Below are positions 35,501-45,400 of a stretch of 64,000 nucleotides of DNA, piece by piece; the first letter of the stretch is position 1, and each line of letters begins with the position of its first letter. The stretch is from Camelus ferus (lineage: Eukaryota). The stretch is taken from the NCBI RefSeq assembly GCF_009834535.1, contig NC_045720.1:496001-560000 (forward strand). Reading direction: 5' to 3'. Both the position numbers and the translations under genes were made by a program. The notes below the pieces were generated by a model that saw nothing but the letters and a program-made list of their open reading frames with translations, ran no database searches and was not told the origin of the DNA.

Positions 35501-38500
35501 AGAATCCGATTTCCCCAATTTGGTGTTTGTTGGGAGGCCTGGCTACTTGAGAACCCTCAAAGGCGGTGAGAAGGCTGGCATCTCTTGCACCATGACATTG
35601 GGATGACTGCTGACGTTCTGTGAGGCCTGGGAGCCAAGTGGCACCACAATGCCATCCGTCCCGGTTCTAGGCTTGGCTGGATAAGGGCCACTGAGGAGTT
35701 CAGCTTGTCAGGTCAGCCCTCGGCCTTGGCGCTCTGCCTGCTGCCCAGGGTGCTGGGGGCCGGGGCAGCGGAGGAAAGGAGGCGGGGCACGCCCAGCAGC
35801 AGTTGCACCTGCGACTGGCCTGCAGCTTCTAACTTGTTTTTTAATCCCCTCCAGTGACTTATAAAAAAAAGCTTTTAATTTTAGAATAACATTAGATTTA
35901 CAGAAACGTGGGAAGATAGTACAGGGGTCCCACACGCCCTACTCCAGTTTCCCTAGTATTAGCGTCATCCTTTAGCTGACGTGCAGCTGATTTACAATGT
36001 TGTTCGCCTGTGGTGTCCAGCACGGTTGACTCAGTTACACAAACACGTTTTCTTTTCCATCACAGGTTATTACAAGGCACTGAATCTAGTTTGCTGTGCC
36101 GTACAGTAGGACCTTGTTGTGTATCTGTTTTATACACAGTAGTCTGTATCTGCTAATCCCAAATTCCTAATTCCCCTTACCTTTGGTAACTGTAAGAGTG
36201 TTTTCTACGTCTGTGAGTCTGTGAGTCTGCTTCTGTTTTGTAAATAAGTTCACCTCTATCATTTCTTAGATCCCACATGTAACTGACATGGGATGCTCGT
36301 CCTTCTCTGTCCGACTAATATCACTTAGCGTCATCATCTCCAGGTCCATCCACGTCACTGCAGTTTCCCAATTATTAACATCTCGCATTAGGGTGGTGCA
36401 TCTGCCAGAAGTAAATGACTCAATATACTTTACTGTTAACTAAACTCTCCATTTTGTTCACATTTCCTTGGTTTTTACCTCCCAACCTTCTGTTCCCAGG
36501 CACCAACCAAGATGCTACATCACATTCATGTCTCCTGACGTTCCTCTGGACTATGGCAGTGTCTCAGGCTTTCCTGGTTTCTGATGACCCTGACGGTTCT
36601 GAGGAGCATTGGTCTAGGGGTGTGTAGAATGTTGCTCAATTTGGATGTGTCTGATGTCTTCCCATGGTTAGCTCAGGTTATGTAAGTTTTTGGAGAGGAA
36701 CACCAGACGTGACGCGCCCTTCCCACCACCCCCTGCCAGCATGACTCATCACTGCTGTGCTGACCCTGGTCACCCGGCAAGGCCTGTCAGCCAGGTGTGT
36801 CTGCTGGATAGTCACCCCCCCATCCTTGGAAGGAAGGCACCATGTGCAGCCCACACTCAAGGGGTGGGAGGTATGTGTCACCTCCTTGGAATTCTCTGCA
36901 TGGGAATGTGCTCCAGCGACACTTTGTTCAATTTCCTTCCCTCTTCTGTCTCGCATTTCTCTGTCTTGATGGTTTTTCTCTACTTCCTTGAGCAGACAGA
37001 GCATTTTAGTCATTGTTTCAATGTCTTCATTAGGCCTCTCACTGTGCCTGTCCCTTCTCTGTTCCAGGTCACGTGCTCCTCTCCGCTGGCTCATCTGCTG
37101 GTTTTGACAGGGTCCTGGACTCTGGAACTTTCGTGTCTGGGTTCAGCTGTCTTCCTTTCAACAGCACTGCACTCTCAGTTCTGGTAGGAGAGGATCAACC
37201 TGATCAGCACCTCTTGATGCTGGTTTTCAGGCTTGTCTACACTGCTTGTGGGCCGTCCTTTTCTCCAGGGCTCACAGGCCACAAGTCCAAGCTCTGGCTG
37301 TTCTGAGGTCCCTGTGATGCTCTGCATGTTTAGTGGCTTTGCTGCTCTGGCTGTGAGAACTTAGATAACTCACAGCCCTGTGTGACACTTACCTCATATC
37401 CCCTTGGTAGCTGTTCTTTCTCTAGAAGGTTCTTGGATGGCTTCATGGGTCTCACCCTGTGGACAGGCGAGTCAGCACTCAGCCAGAGCCCCACAGGCTC
37501 ATGTGCGGACAACGGGAGCTCTTTCTTGGCACAGCCCCCTCCTCTGGGACCTCGCCTTCAAGTTCTAGCTGTCGTCGCTTCTCCAAAGGCCGGGCTCTCC
37601 AAGTTTGAAAACTGCCTTCAGGTAGGAAGCCTGGGTGCCTGTGTGGCTGCCCTGCCCTTCGTTAACAATCGTGAATGCTGTTCAAGGGTTAAGTCTATGC
37701 TGAAAATGTTCTGCAAGTCCTACCATAAGGGCCGTCAAGTCTGAGAGGGTCTTCTGGTGAATACAACATCTCACCTCTCTTGCCTCAGAAGTTCAAGGCC
37801 CCTCCTGGGCTTACCACGTGCAATTCATGCAGGAAGTCTTAGCTTATCCTTGGATGTAAGGAAAACCAGTGACGGGATGTGGCAGGGCAGGGAGACCGGG
37901 CTGCCCTGCTGCTGGCTAGGGAGCAAGGCCCTGAAGCACAGTTCTTACAAGTATCAAGTCTTGCAGTGAACTCAGAGCCTGCGGCCTGCCTTCCCACAGG
38001 GCTGTGAACACCCTGAAATGCACAGAGTTCTGCATGAATGTACTTTTTTATAGAAGGGGGGTCTGTCTTTGAATATTTTCTCAAAGGCTCCACGACCCAA
38101 AAGGGTTACCAACCACAGGGTTCCACAAGGCCTATCTGCGCTTTTCAAATCTGCCCACTAACAGAAGGCCTGTTTCAGTCCCCCAGCCAGAGAGACTGGT
38201 CTGTGTGATATGCTCTGCCTTCCTGGACGCAGCTGACTGACCCCTCCCTGGGCTCCAGGAGCAAAGGGCGTGTAGCTGGAAGCAGTGCACAGTGTGAGCG
38301 CTGGGCTGCATGGACGCAGAAGCAGACAAAGGCAGTCTGTGAGCGAGGAGGTAGGGGAGCACCGAGCCGCATGCAGAAAGGGGAGGCCACTCCTCTCCCC
38401 TCCCTGGTCCTGATTTCGTCCCTGTCTGAGGACAAGACTGTCTGCACTGTCCTCATGGTGCTTTCCTATCTCTGCTCCAGCAGCACAGCCTGTGACCAGA

Positions 38501-41500
38501 GTGTCCCTGCTCATTGCTGGCCCTGGCCCCGAACTTGGGTCTCTAGGCCCAACTGAACATGTGCACATGGACGACTCTGCTGACTCTGCCAGGGTTCAGG
38601 AGGGAGGAGACTGTGGGGAAACACGTGGGACTGGCCTCCCTCCTTTCACAGCCTGTAAGGCCAGCCTCTTCTCCTCCCTTCAGCCCTCAGGGAAGCCCTG
38701 CAGCCAAAGATGCAGGCTCCAGGGTCTGCAGCCCAGCCCCTGAGATGGGAGCAACCGCTCACTCCCAGGTGGGTACCGTGGGCCCCACTGACCCCTCCTG
38801 ATCCTTTAAACAACAATTCTGGGCACACACGGCCTGGCGCAGCGGGACGGGCCCAGGGGTCCTGTGTGCAGCTACCCTTCTCCGAGGAGGCTGCAGCCCA
38901 GACCTCCAGCCCCTTCCAAGACCCTGGGCCCCAGCCCTACCCAGCACCGTGGCAGGAGACAGATGGGGAGGCCACACACAGAGCCTGTTGTTCATAGATC
39001 TCTGCCTGTCTCGTCCATTTGTCCACGCATATATCTGAATATTGCTGCTGAAGGGGAAAGGTGGTTCTCTGTAGAAGCCCAAACCTAGCCTGATGAACAC
39101 CGTTGCAGTCAGTCGAGTGTGGCTGGGTCTGGCTTGGGAGACACGGGTGCTGCGGAGGCAGGCGGGAGCCGAAGCCGGACGTCGTGGAGGGAGCGCGGCC
39201 TCATGTCTGGCCCTGTGGCCTCCAGCCCTCCCTTGTTAGGGTTCCTGAGACTCAGTGTCCATGTCTGTAAACGACTGTCCGCCACAGGAGGGGCTGAACG
39301 AGGACAGCTGTGCTCTCGCTGGCACCTCACAGGCCAGTCGGCAGCTACCTCAGCCCCGCAGTCAGGGCGGGCCCAGGCCTGCTGGGCCACGCCGGCCTCT
39401 GAGAACAGCTGGGCAGGCTCCCGGGCCGGGGAGGAGGGGCCCGCACGTCACTAGAGCTCTGGGAACAGCCTTGGCCCACTGGGAGCGGCCAGTGTGACCG
39501 GGACCCTTCTCAAGGGGTCTCGCAGGGGCAGGTGACCTTACTGCAGGTATTGCTCTCCACCCGGGCACCTAGCCCCTCCAGAGGGACTTTCTGTCCACTG
39601 GCACTCACATGGGCCACCTGGAACTGGCTCTGGCCTTGGCGACCTCCAGTTCCTCAGTGAAGGAGGCCCTTACTCTCAGGTGGGGTGAAAATGAACAGCC
39701 TCCTTAAACTGTTCCCGGGTTCCTCCAGGCCTCACTCTGGCCCTGCTCTTGAAGCTGGATGGGCCTGATCCTTGGGGCGTCCCTGTGGGTGTGGGCGTTA
39801 GGGCAGCCGCAGTCCAGCCCCAGCCATGCTCATGGTCACCAGATTCCCTCCTGAGGGCAGTGGGAGCCACGGTGCCTGAAGGTCCTGTCTGAGGAGCAGC
39901 CCCATCCCTAGAGGCCCTGCCTATTCAGCGGTGGCTCCACACCAAGTGCATCTTCAGTTGGACAGGAGTTTGGAAGGGCGGGAAAACCAGCACTACCCTC
40001 TGGGACAGTGACCTGTTGGTCCATCCCTCGGGCTGTCCAGACCTGGTCCTGCTGGCCAGAGTTTCTGGGGCTGGACGCTCCCCTGGGAACTCAGCCTTGA
40101 GAGCCAGCGCCATACCACCAACTTCCCCTTGTGTTCCAGGTGAAAAACGCAGAGGTCTTCTCTCGGGAGAGTGGGGAGAAAGCTTCCAGCACAAAGGCGA
40201 GGGCACCAAGGGCACAGACATCAGAACCTTCCAAGCCTTTGAAACCTGGACTCCAGGCGGTGAGCCTGTAGAAGACTCCGTGAGGACTTTTTTGCGGGAC
40301 CACTTACTTTCTCAGGGCTAAGCAGCTTCCACTGCTGAGCTAGTGCTGGGTCTCTGCACTCATGGTTGGCGCTGGCCCCCACTGTGTCCTGCACCAAGCA
40401 CAGCTGCTAGACCTGGTACAGACCAGGTGGCGTTGAACACTGCTCCCGACGGCTCCTCATGCTCCAGGGAGAACGTGCCAACAGGACTGGTGGGTGGTAC
40501 AGACCCTGTGAGGGAGGCTGTCATAGCCTGGATCATACCCCACTTTCCTGCTCAAAGGCCTTGCCCAGAACACAGGCAGCGGGGTCCTGGAGAGCACCCT
40601 GGTGCTCATCACCCACCAGCATCACAGTCTTTAAGCAGAAACAGCAAGCAGATTAGAGGCAGGACAAATCACCCTTGTAGGATTAAGCTCAGAATATCCC
40701 AAAGCATCTCTGATGCCCCTCCCCAAACTGGATAAGAGTGTCTCCCAGGAGTTAAGAGGCAGGAGAAAGAGGAGGAAGGAAGGATAAAGACAGAAACATG
40801 TGGTCATTTTCTTTGGCCAGCAAAGTTCAAGGCCTAGACTGAAGGGATGTTGGTAACGTGAGAGTCTGTGGGAAAGCACACCGGCTATTTGGGAATAGCG
40901 CCCATTAAAGAAACAGGCAGTGGGATGGAAGATGCCACACAGAGATGTCACTGGGACCAACACAAAGTGTCTCCAACAAAAACACTGCATGATTTGTAGT
41001 CTCCGTATTCCCAGTCGAGGCAGAGCTTCAGCAGACAGACAACTCAAGAACGAGAGAACCTGGCTTCTAGCTCTGAGCTCATTTCAGCCCAGACTACTCC
41101 TCATTCCTAATGGCTTAAAAATATGAAAAGGACATACTTAGTAGAGAAGGAACCCAGCTTGCTCAGGAGAGCAAACACGTCTGGAAGCGCCCAGAGGCTC
41201 TACTTGACCAGGGTGCCCTAGGCTGAGTTATGGCTCCGGCCTTCCTGGGACACGACGTCACAGCCAAGATGTGAACAGCAGATTCGGATCTCCAACTCCA
41301 GAACAGTCTCTGATTTACCTCTGGCAAACTGGAGCTGTCCAGTCTACAGGGTCAGACCATGTAAACAAGCCTGCTGCCAGGCAACTGGAAACAGGGACAT
41401 GAATAAAGGCGCCCTGCGAGGCAAGGAAAACGTCGCTCTGGAGAAACCCAGCTCCGGTATCCTAACACAGGAGGGAGAGCAACCTGAACTTACGACGTTT

Positions 41501-42037
41501 TGCTTTCTGTCTTTGCCCCCTGTCGTTTTACACTAAAGCAGCACTCTCCCACTCCTGCGCCAAGTTCTGATTTTCTCCGAATAGCTGCCGACCATACCAC
41601 CCTGGTAACTCATTTGAGAAGACACGGGGGCACCTGGGCGTGACGTTGGCGAGCAAAACCGGGTGCTGTTCTCCAGGCCGACCCGCTTCCGCAGTTGTCC
41701 AGTTAGTGGGCAGAAGACCAAAGAAGGAGAAGCCCTTCCTCCCCAGCCCAAGCAAACGGCGTGGGCAGGAGCAACGCGGAGCGGGCCTGGGACGCTGTTC
41801 CCGACCCTCCTCGGGCTCCCCGCCCCCACACCCGGGCCGGCGAGGAGGGGGCCGGGCCTGCCCTGCCCGGGGACGAGCCGCGGCCTCCCTGCCCCCGGCC
41901 GGCGCGCCCCAGCCCCTCACCGGGCTCCAGCAGATAAGCGCGTCCGTGTCCGGGTCGCTCACGAGGGTCCACAGCTTGGTCAGGAAAGCCGGGACGTTGC
42001 TGGGCCCCGCCGCGCCCGGGCCCACGGGCAGATCCAT
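23566..42037 (-). CDS. HSF1: Heat shock factor 1
   Basis: Exons on the minus strand: 41921-42037, 28687-28795, 28141-28277, 27750-27874, 26301-26376, 26168-26229, 25988-26084, 25768-25904, 25421-25690, 24147-24252, 24006-24071, 23860-23929, 23566-23771. Total 1578 nt = 525 aa. Contains the DNA-binding domain (FLTKLW, FVRQLNMYGFRK), HR-A/B, regulatory [15 protein letters not shown] and the C-terminus KDPTVS*. Confidence 0.98.
24999..25082 (-). CDS. HSF1: HSF1 gamma cassette exon (84 nt, 28 aa)
   Basis: TTGCAG acceptor and GTTAGC donor. In frame between exons 9 and 10 and encodes (N)[28 protein letters not shown], resembling the known HSF1-gamma insert. Confidence 0.85.
29611..29646 (+). repeat. 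Tandem 9-mer (CAGCAAGCC)x4
   Basis: Three perfect units plus CAGCAAGCT, in HSF1 intron 1. Confidence 0.9.
30200..32750 (+). mobile_element. Old L1 (L1M-type) 5' UTR/ORF1 fragments
   Basis: A-rich degenerate ORF1-like text (e.g. GAGATGTTGGACTTACTAGACAAAGACTTTAAA; CCAAGAATTCTGTATCTAGCAAAACTATCCTTTGAAG). No intact ORF; boundaries approximate. Confidence 0.7.
32780..34750 (-). mobile_element. Old L1 fragments (ORF2/ORF1, antisense to +)
   Basis: T-rich L1-antisense text (e.g. TTGTTCTGATCTTAGGGGAGAGCATTCACTGTCTCACCATTAAGTATGAT), interrupted by an MLT-like LTR. Boundaries approximate. Confidence 0.75.
33577..33765 (+). mobile_element. MaLR (MLT1-like) LTR fragment
   Basis: AAACTGTGAGATAACAAATGTTTCTTGTCTTAAGC...GGTAATTAGTTACATAGCAATAGATAAC resembles the MLT1 3' end. 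Confidence 0.65.
34764..35818 (-). pseudogene. Processed pseudogene of BORCS5 (LOH12CR1)
   Basis: Minus strand translates in pieces to [18 protein letters not shown]...SQASQNVS...DSQQVLQ...[23 protein letters not shown]...[17 protein letters not shown]...GIDQTVP...LEPFSM, colinear with BORCS5 and without introns. ATG is mutated to CTG (35746-35748); stops and frameshifts present. Short A-tail remnant and a 12-bp TSD at 34752-34763 / 35819-35830. Confidence 0.9.
35850..36720 (-). mobile_element. Old L1 (L1MB/L1MC-like) 3' end, interrupted by a younger L1
   Basis: GAAGATAGTACAGGGGTCCCACAC...CCAGTTTCCC at the left, resuming at ~36361 with CAGTTTTCCCAATTATTAACATC. Confidence 0.6.
35971..36360 (-). 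mobile_element. Cetartiodactyl-type L1 3' UTR fragment
   Basis: TTTACAATGTTG...CACAGGTTATTACAAG...ACAGTAGGACCTTGTTG...TTTGGTAAC...TTTTGTAAATAAGTTC resembles the artiodactyl L1 3' end. Confidence 0.7.
37990..38117. mobile_element. hAT-Charlie (MER)-like DNA transposon fragment
   Basis: TTCTCAAAGGCTCCACGACCCAAAAGGGTTACCAACCAC resembles MER/Charlie ends; family not verified. Confidence 0.35.
38789..39125 (+). repeat. Diverged direct duplication of the HSF1 3' end and downstream region (source 23046-23412)
   Basis: Colinear blocks, e.g. GGAGGCTGCAGCCCAGACCTC and ATAGATCTCTGCCTGTCTCGTCCA, occur in both copies. About 86% identity by hand count in the two best blocks; more diverged at the right end. 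Confidence 0.9.
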
Positions 42038-42352
42038 ACCGGGCAAGGCAGGGAGAGGCAGAGGTAGCGATCGCGAGGAGAGGCTGAGGGCCAGGCTAGC
42101 GGCGCTGCCGCGCCTGCCGCCCGGGCCGCGCCGCCGCCGCCCGCTGCGCACACACGGCCCCGGGGCCTAGCATGGCCGCGGCCATCTTGAGACGGGCGCG
42201 CTCCCGCCGGCGCCGCCCGCCAGCCCGCGTCCCCACGGCGCGCGCGCGCTGGCCCCGCCCATCGCCCTCTGACCCCACCGGCCCCCGCCCCCAGGCTCAC
42301 GCGGTCGCGTCGCTGCCGGAAGTGGCGGCGCGAGTCGGGACCTGCCGGGAGC
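42038..42352. promoter_or_regulatory. HSF1/BOP1 bidirectional CpG-island promoter
   Basis: 315 bp between divergent ATGs. YY1-type AAGATGGCCGC (minus strand, 42178-42188) and ETS/GABP CCGGAAGTG (42316-42324). Confidence 0.85.
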
Positions 42353-42380
42353 ATGGCGGGCGCGCGAGGCGCGGGGCTCG

Positions 42381-42413
<33 letters not shown>

Positions 42414-45400
42414 AGGAGCGGCCCGAGAAGCAGCCGCTGGAGTCGGAAACGGAGCCGGAGCGGGAGAAGGTGACCGCGGGCTGCGCGGAGCGGGAGCGGA
42501 CGGGGCGGCGGGGCTGGGCGGCGAAGCGGGCCGCACGTGGCGGCCCCTCGGCCCGCTTGCCCCGGGGAGTCCGCCCAGCGGGCGACGGGCCTGGGAACGC
42601 GAGCAGGTGTCGCCTGCCCTCGTCTGGCCGTGGCCTTGTGGGGCGTCCGAGGCAGGGGGCACCCCCTGCGCAGGGGTGGGCGGAGTGGGGCTGGGCGGTT
42701 CTGCGGGTTCGAAGAACGCCTGAGCAGGAGCGAAGTAGGAGGGAGAGCTGGCGTCCCGTGCCGCAGCCTCCCTGACACTTTGAAATACGCATCCTATCGC
42801 CAAAGAGACTTGAGCTTGCAGTAATTACTTGCATATTTATACGTTGCTAGTATGTCAGGTACGTTGTAGAAGAGACTGCGAGAATAAGAAAGCGTGCATG
42901 CAACCCAGTGCCTGCTTGCATTGGATACATCGTTTTAACTGGATTCATGGCCATTCATTCCTGTTGTCCAGCTGAACACTATTTGGGTTGTGGGAGTATC
43001 ATTAGATCTCGGTGGTAAGAAAACATAGAAGGCATGTCCGTCAGGTCTCTGTCAGGGGAACTCCGAGTGGCCGTGTGGCCGGGCTGCCCCTTCACCCGTG
43101 ACGAGCCCTCGCGCTGCTTCCCCGCCAGCGGCAGCTTTGGGCATCGGCTTGGCTGCTTCCACTACTTGGCTCTGTACCCGTCAGCAGCCCTTTGAGTTTG
43201 TGCCCAAATCATTTATGCCATTTTTACTTGCTATTGTAATTGTGTAGCCAGCTAAGTAGTGTAGATAGTGTGTATCAGAGGGCCAACTTGAGGGCCTGAG
43301 GGCCGTGGAATAACTAGTAAGTGCAGGCGAGAGACTTACAAGCTCTGGAAAAACAGTGAAACCTAGGATTCTGCATTTAAATAAATGCTTGCTCAAGTCT
43401 ACAACTTCTTGTTCCGCTTCCAGAAGGCAACGCCTGGCCCACCCACTGTGCCTTGTGTCCTGTAAATTAGAGATGGCCGGGTGTCTGGTCTGCAGAGCTC
43501 TGCTCAGAGGCAGCTCTGGTCCTACCCCATGAGGGGGTGACCAAGTACCCTTACTTTTAAGTAAAGCTTGGGTTGTTTTTATGTCTCTTCAACCAACCGT
43601 TACAACTTCCTCATCAACTGTCGGTCCCAGTCTGGTTGGATGTGAAGTCTCCTCTTCAGGTGGGAGAGGCCGCTTGGGTTGTGGTCCTCTGCTGGCCTCA
43701 CGTCCTGCCTTAGTGCCCTCGTGGCCCTGGGGCTGTGAGTGCCAGGGTGGAGCATGGAGGGTGGGCAGCCGGTGTTGGTGATGTGAAGAGCCCTTCCCTT
43801 GGGATACACTGCGAATTAAATGTCTATTCAAGGGCAGGTGTCCAGTGTGGTCTGCAGAGGTGGATGGTGAGGGAGGCCTGGGTTGGGTGGATGGTTTTGG
43901 TGGAGGTCGGGGCCTGAGGCTATGGCCTTGGAGGCTGACCACACAGATCCATGGGCCATCAGCACGTGTTCCTTGCAGCCCTCTCTTCTTAGTGCTCCTG
44001 CTCCCAGCCTTGGGCACGGCAGCGATTCTGGCCTCTCTGACAGCGAGGAGAGTGTGTTCTCAGGCCTGGAAGATTCTGGCAGTGACACAAGTGAGGAGGA
44101 AGACGGGGCCAGCAGTGGTGAGCAGCACAGCAGGACGGAGAAGACCACTGGGCAGCAGGTAGGTGAGCGAAGAGCCTCAAGGGGTCTCCCCCCTGGATGA
44201 CAGTGGCCAGGAAGGTGCCGGCCAGGCTCTCTGGGGGGGCTCCCCACACTGCTTTCTCCTGTTACCCCAAGGCCTTCTTCCTTCCTCCAGTGCAGCAGGG
44301 GCTTGTAGAGCACTGTTTGGAGCTGAGGTGCTCGGAGTTCTAGGGCACCTGTTTTCAGCCACAGTTGTGTGCTCCGTTTGTAGGAACCCTGAAAGTCTGC
44401 ATGCCACCACCCCCAGGTGCTTCTGATGTCACCTCTCCTGGGACTCAGGCCACTTTGCTAGGCTGGGCCATAGGTGGGGTTTCCTAGGGGCAAAGCCTGA
44501 GGTGAGGATCTGTGTGCAGGGCTGCCTGGCGGGACCTATGTGTGGGAGCTCTGCTGCACCCAGCCTGACCTGGGGTGCAGGAGCCCAGATCCCCCACCCG
44601 AGGCTTTGCCTTCATACCTGTTGCTGTGATGGTGGGGAAAGGCACACCCTACTCTTGTCATAAGTGAGAAAAATGACAGAAAATCTTGATTTGGCTAAAA
44701 TACATTTGTTACTTAGAACATTCTAGAAACAAGCTTATAACTATTTATGCTTTCTGTGGCCCTGATGTTCTGGAAGTTAGAACCTTGATGGAAACCAAAA
44801 GCCATGCTCGTTTGATCTGTTTCCTAGGAAGAAAAGATTTAAAATCAGATTTAAACCGTCCGCCTGTTCAAGCTTTAGTTGTGAGGCTGGTGCACAGAGG
44901 AGATGGTGCCTCCTTGCCCGTGGTTTGTCGGATCATGAGCAGCTAGATTTTACCTTCTGTTAACTTTTTAAAACCCTGAAATGTGCCCTCCTTGGCAAAA
45001 AATTAAATCTTCTAGCTACACTGTTCAGTGAAGAGTGGAGGCTCTCGTTCGCTGTCTTTGCTCCAGACGGCGACCACAGCTAGTAGTTAAATGGTCTTGC
45101 TGTATCTTCTTCCCTCTTTTAAAATTAAGGATCTGTATATTTAAGTATTTACATTTTTTTTTTAGGAAAATATATTTACCTTTATGAATAGAGTTTTATT
45201 TTTTTACCGAGGTGCTGGGAATCGAACCTAGGCTGCCTGCCAAGCACGCACTCTACCACTGAGCTGTACCCTCCCCACTGTGAACAAAGTTTCAGAAATA
45301 GTTTTTAAAAATTAAACAATTCCTTTAATAAAAAAGATTTTTACTTTAAATGCTCCAAACTAGGTAATGTGTACGGGTATCTCGAGAGGCTGTCTGGTGG

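Noticed and set aside
37420-37440. HSE-like TCTCT AGAAG GTTCT TGGAT in HSF1 intron 1
   Set aside because: Only two perfect units with degenerate flanks; common by chance.
45194-45276. Possible tRNA gene
   Set aside because: Shortened middle, no complete acceptor stem, and an A tail: a SINE, not a tRNA.
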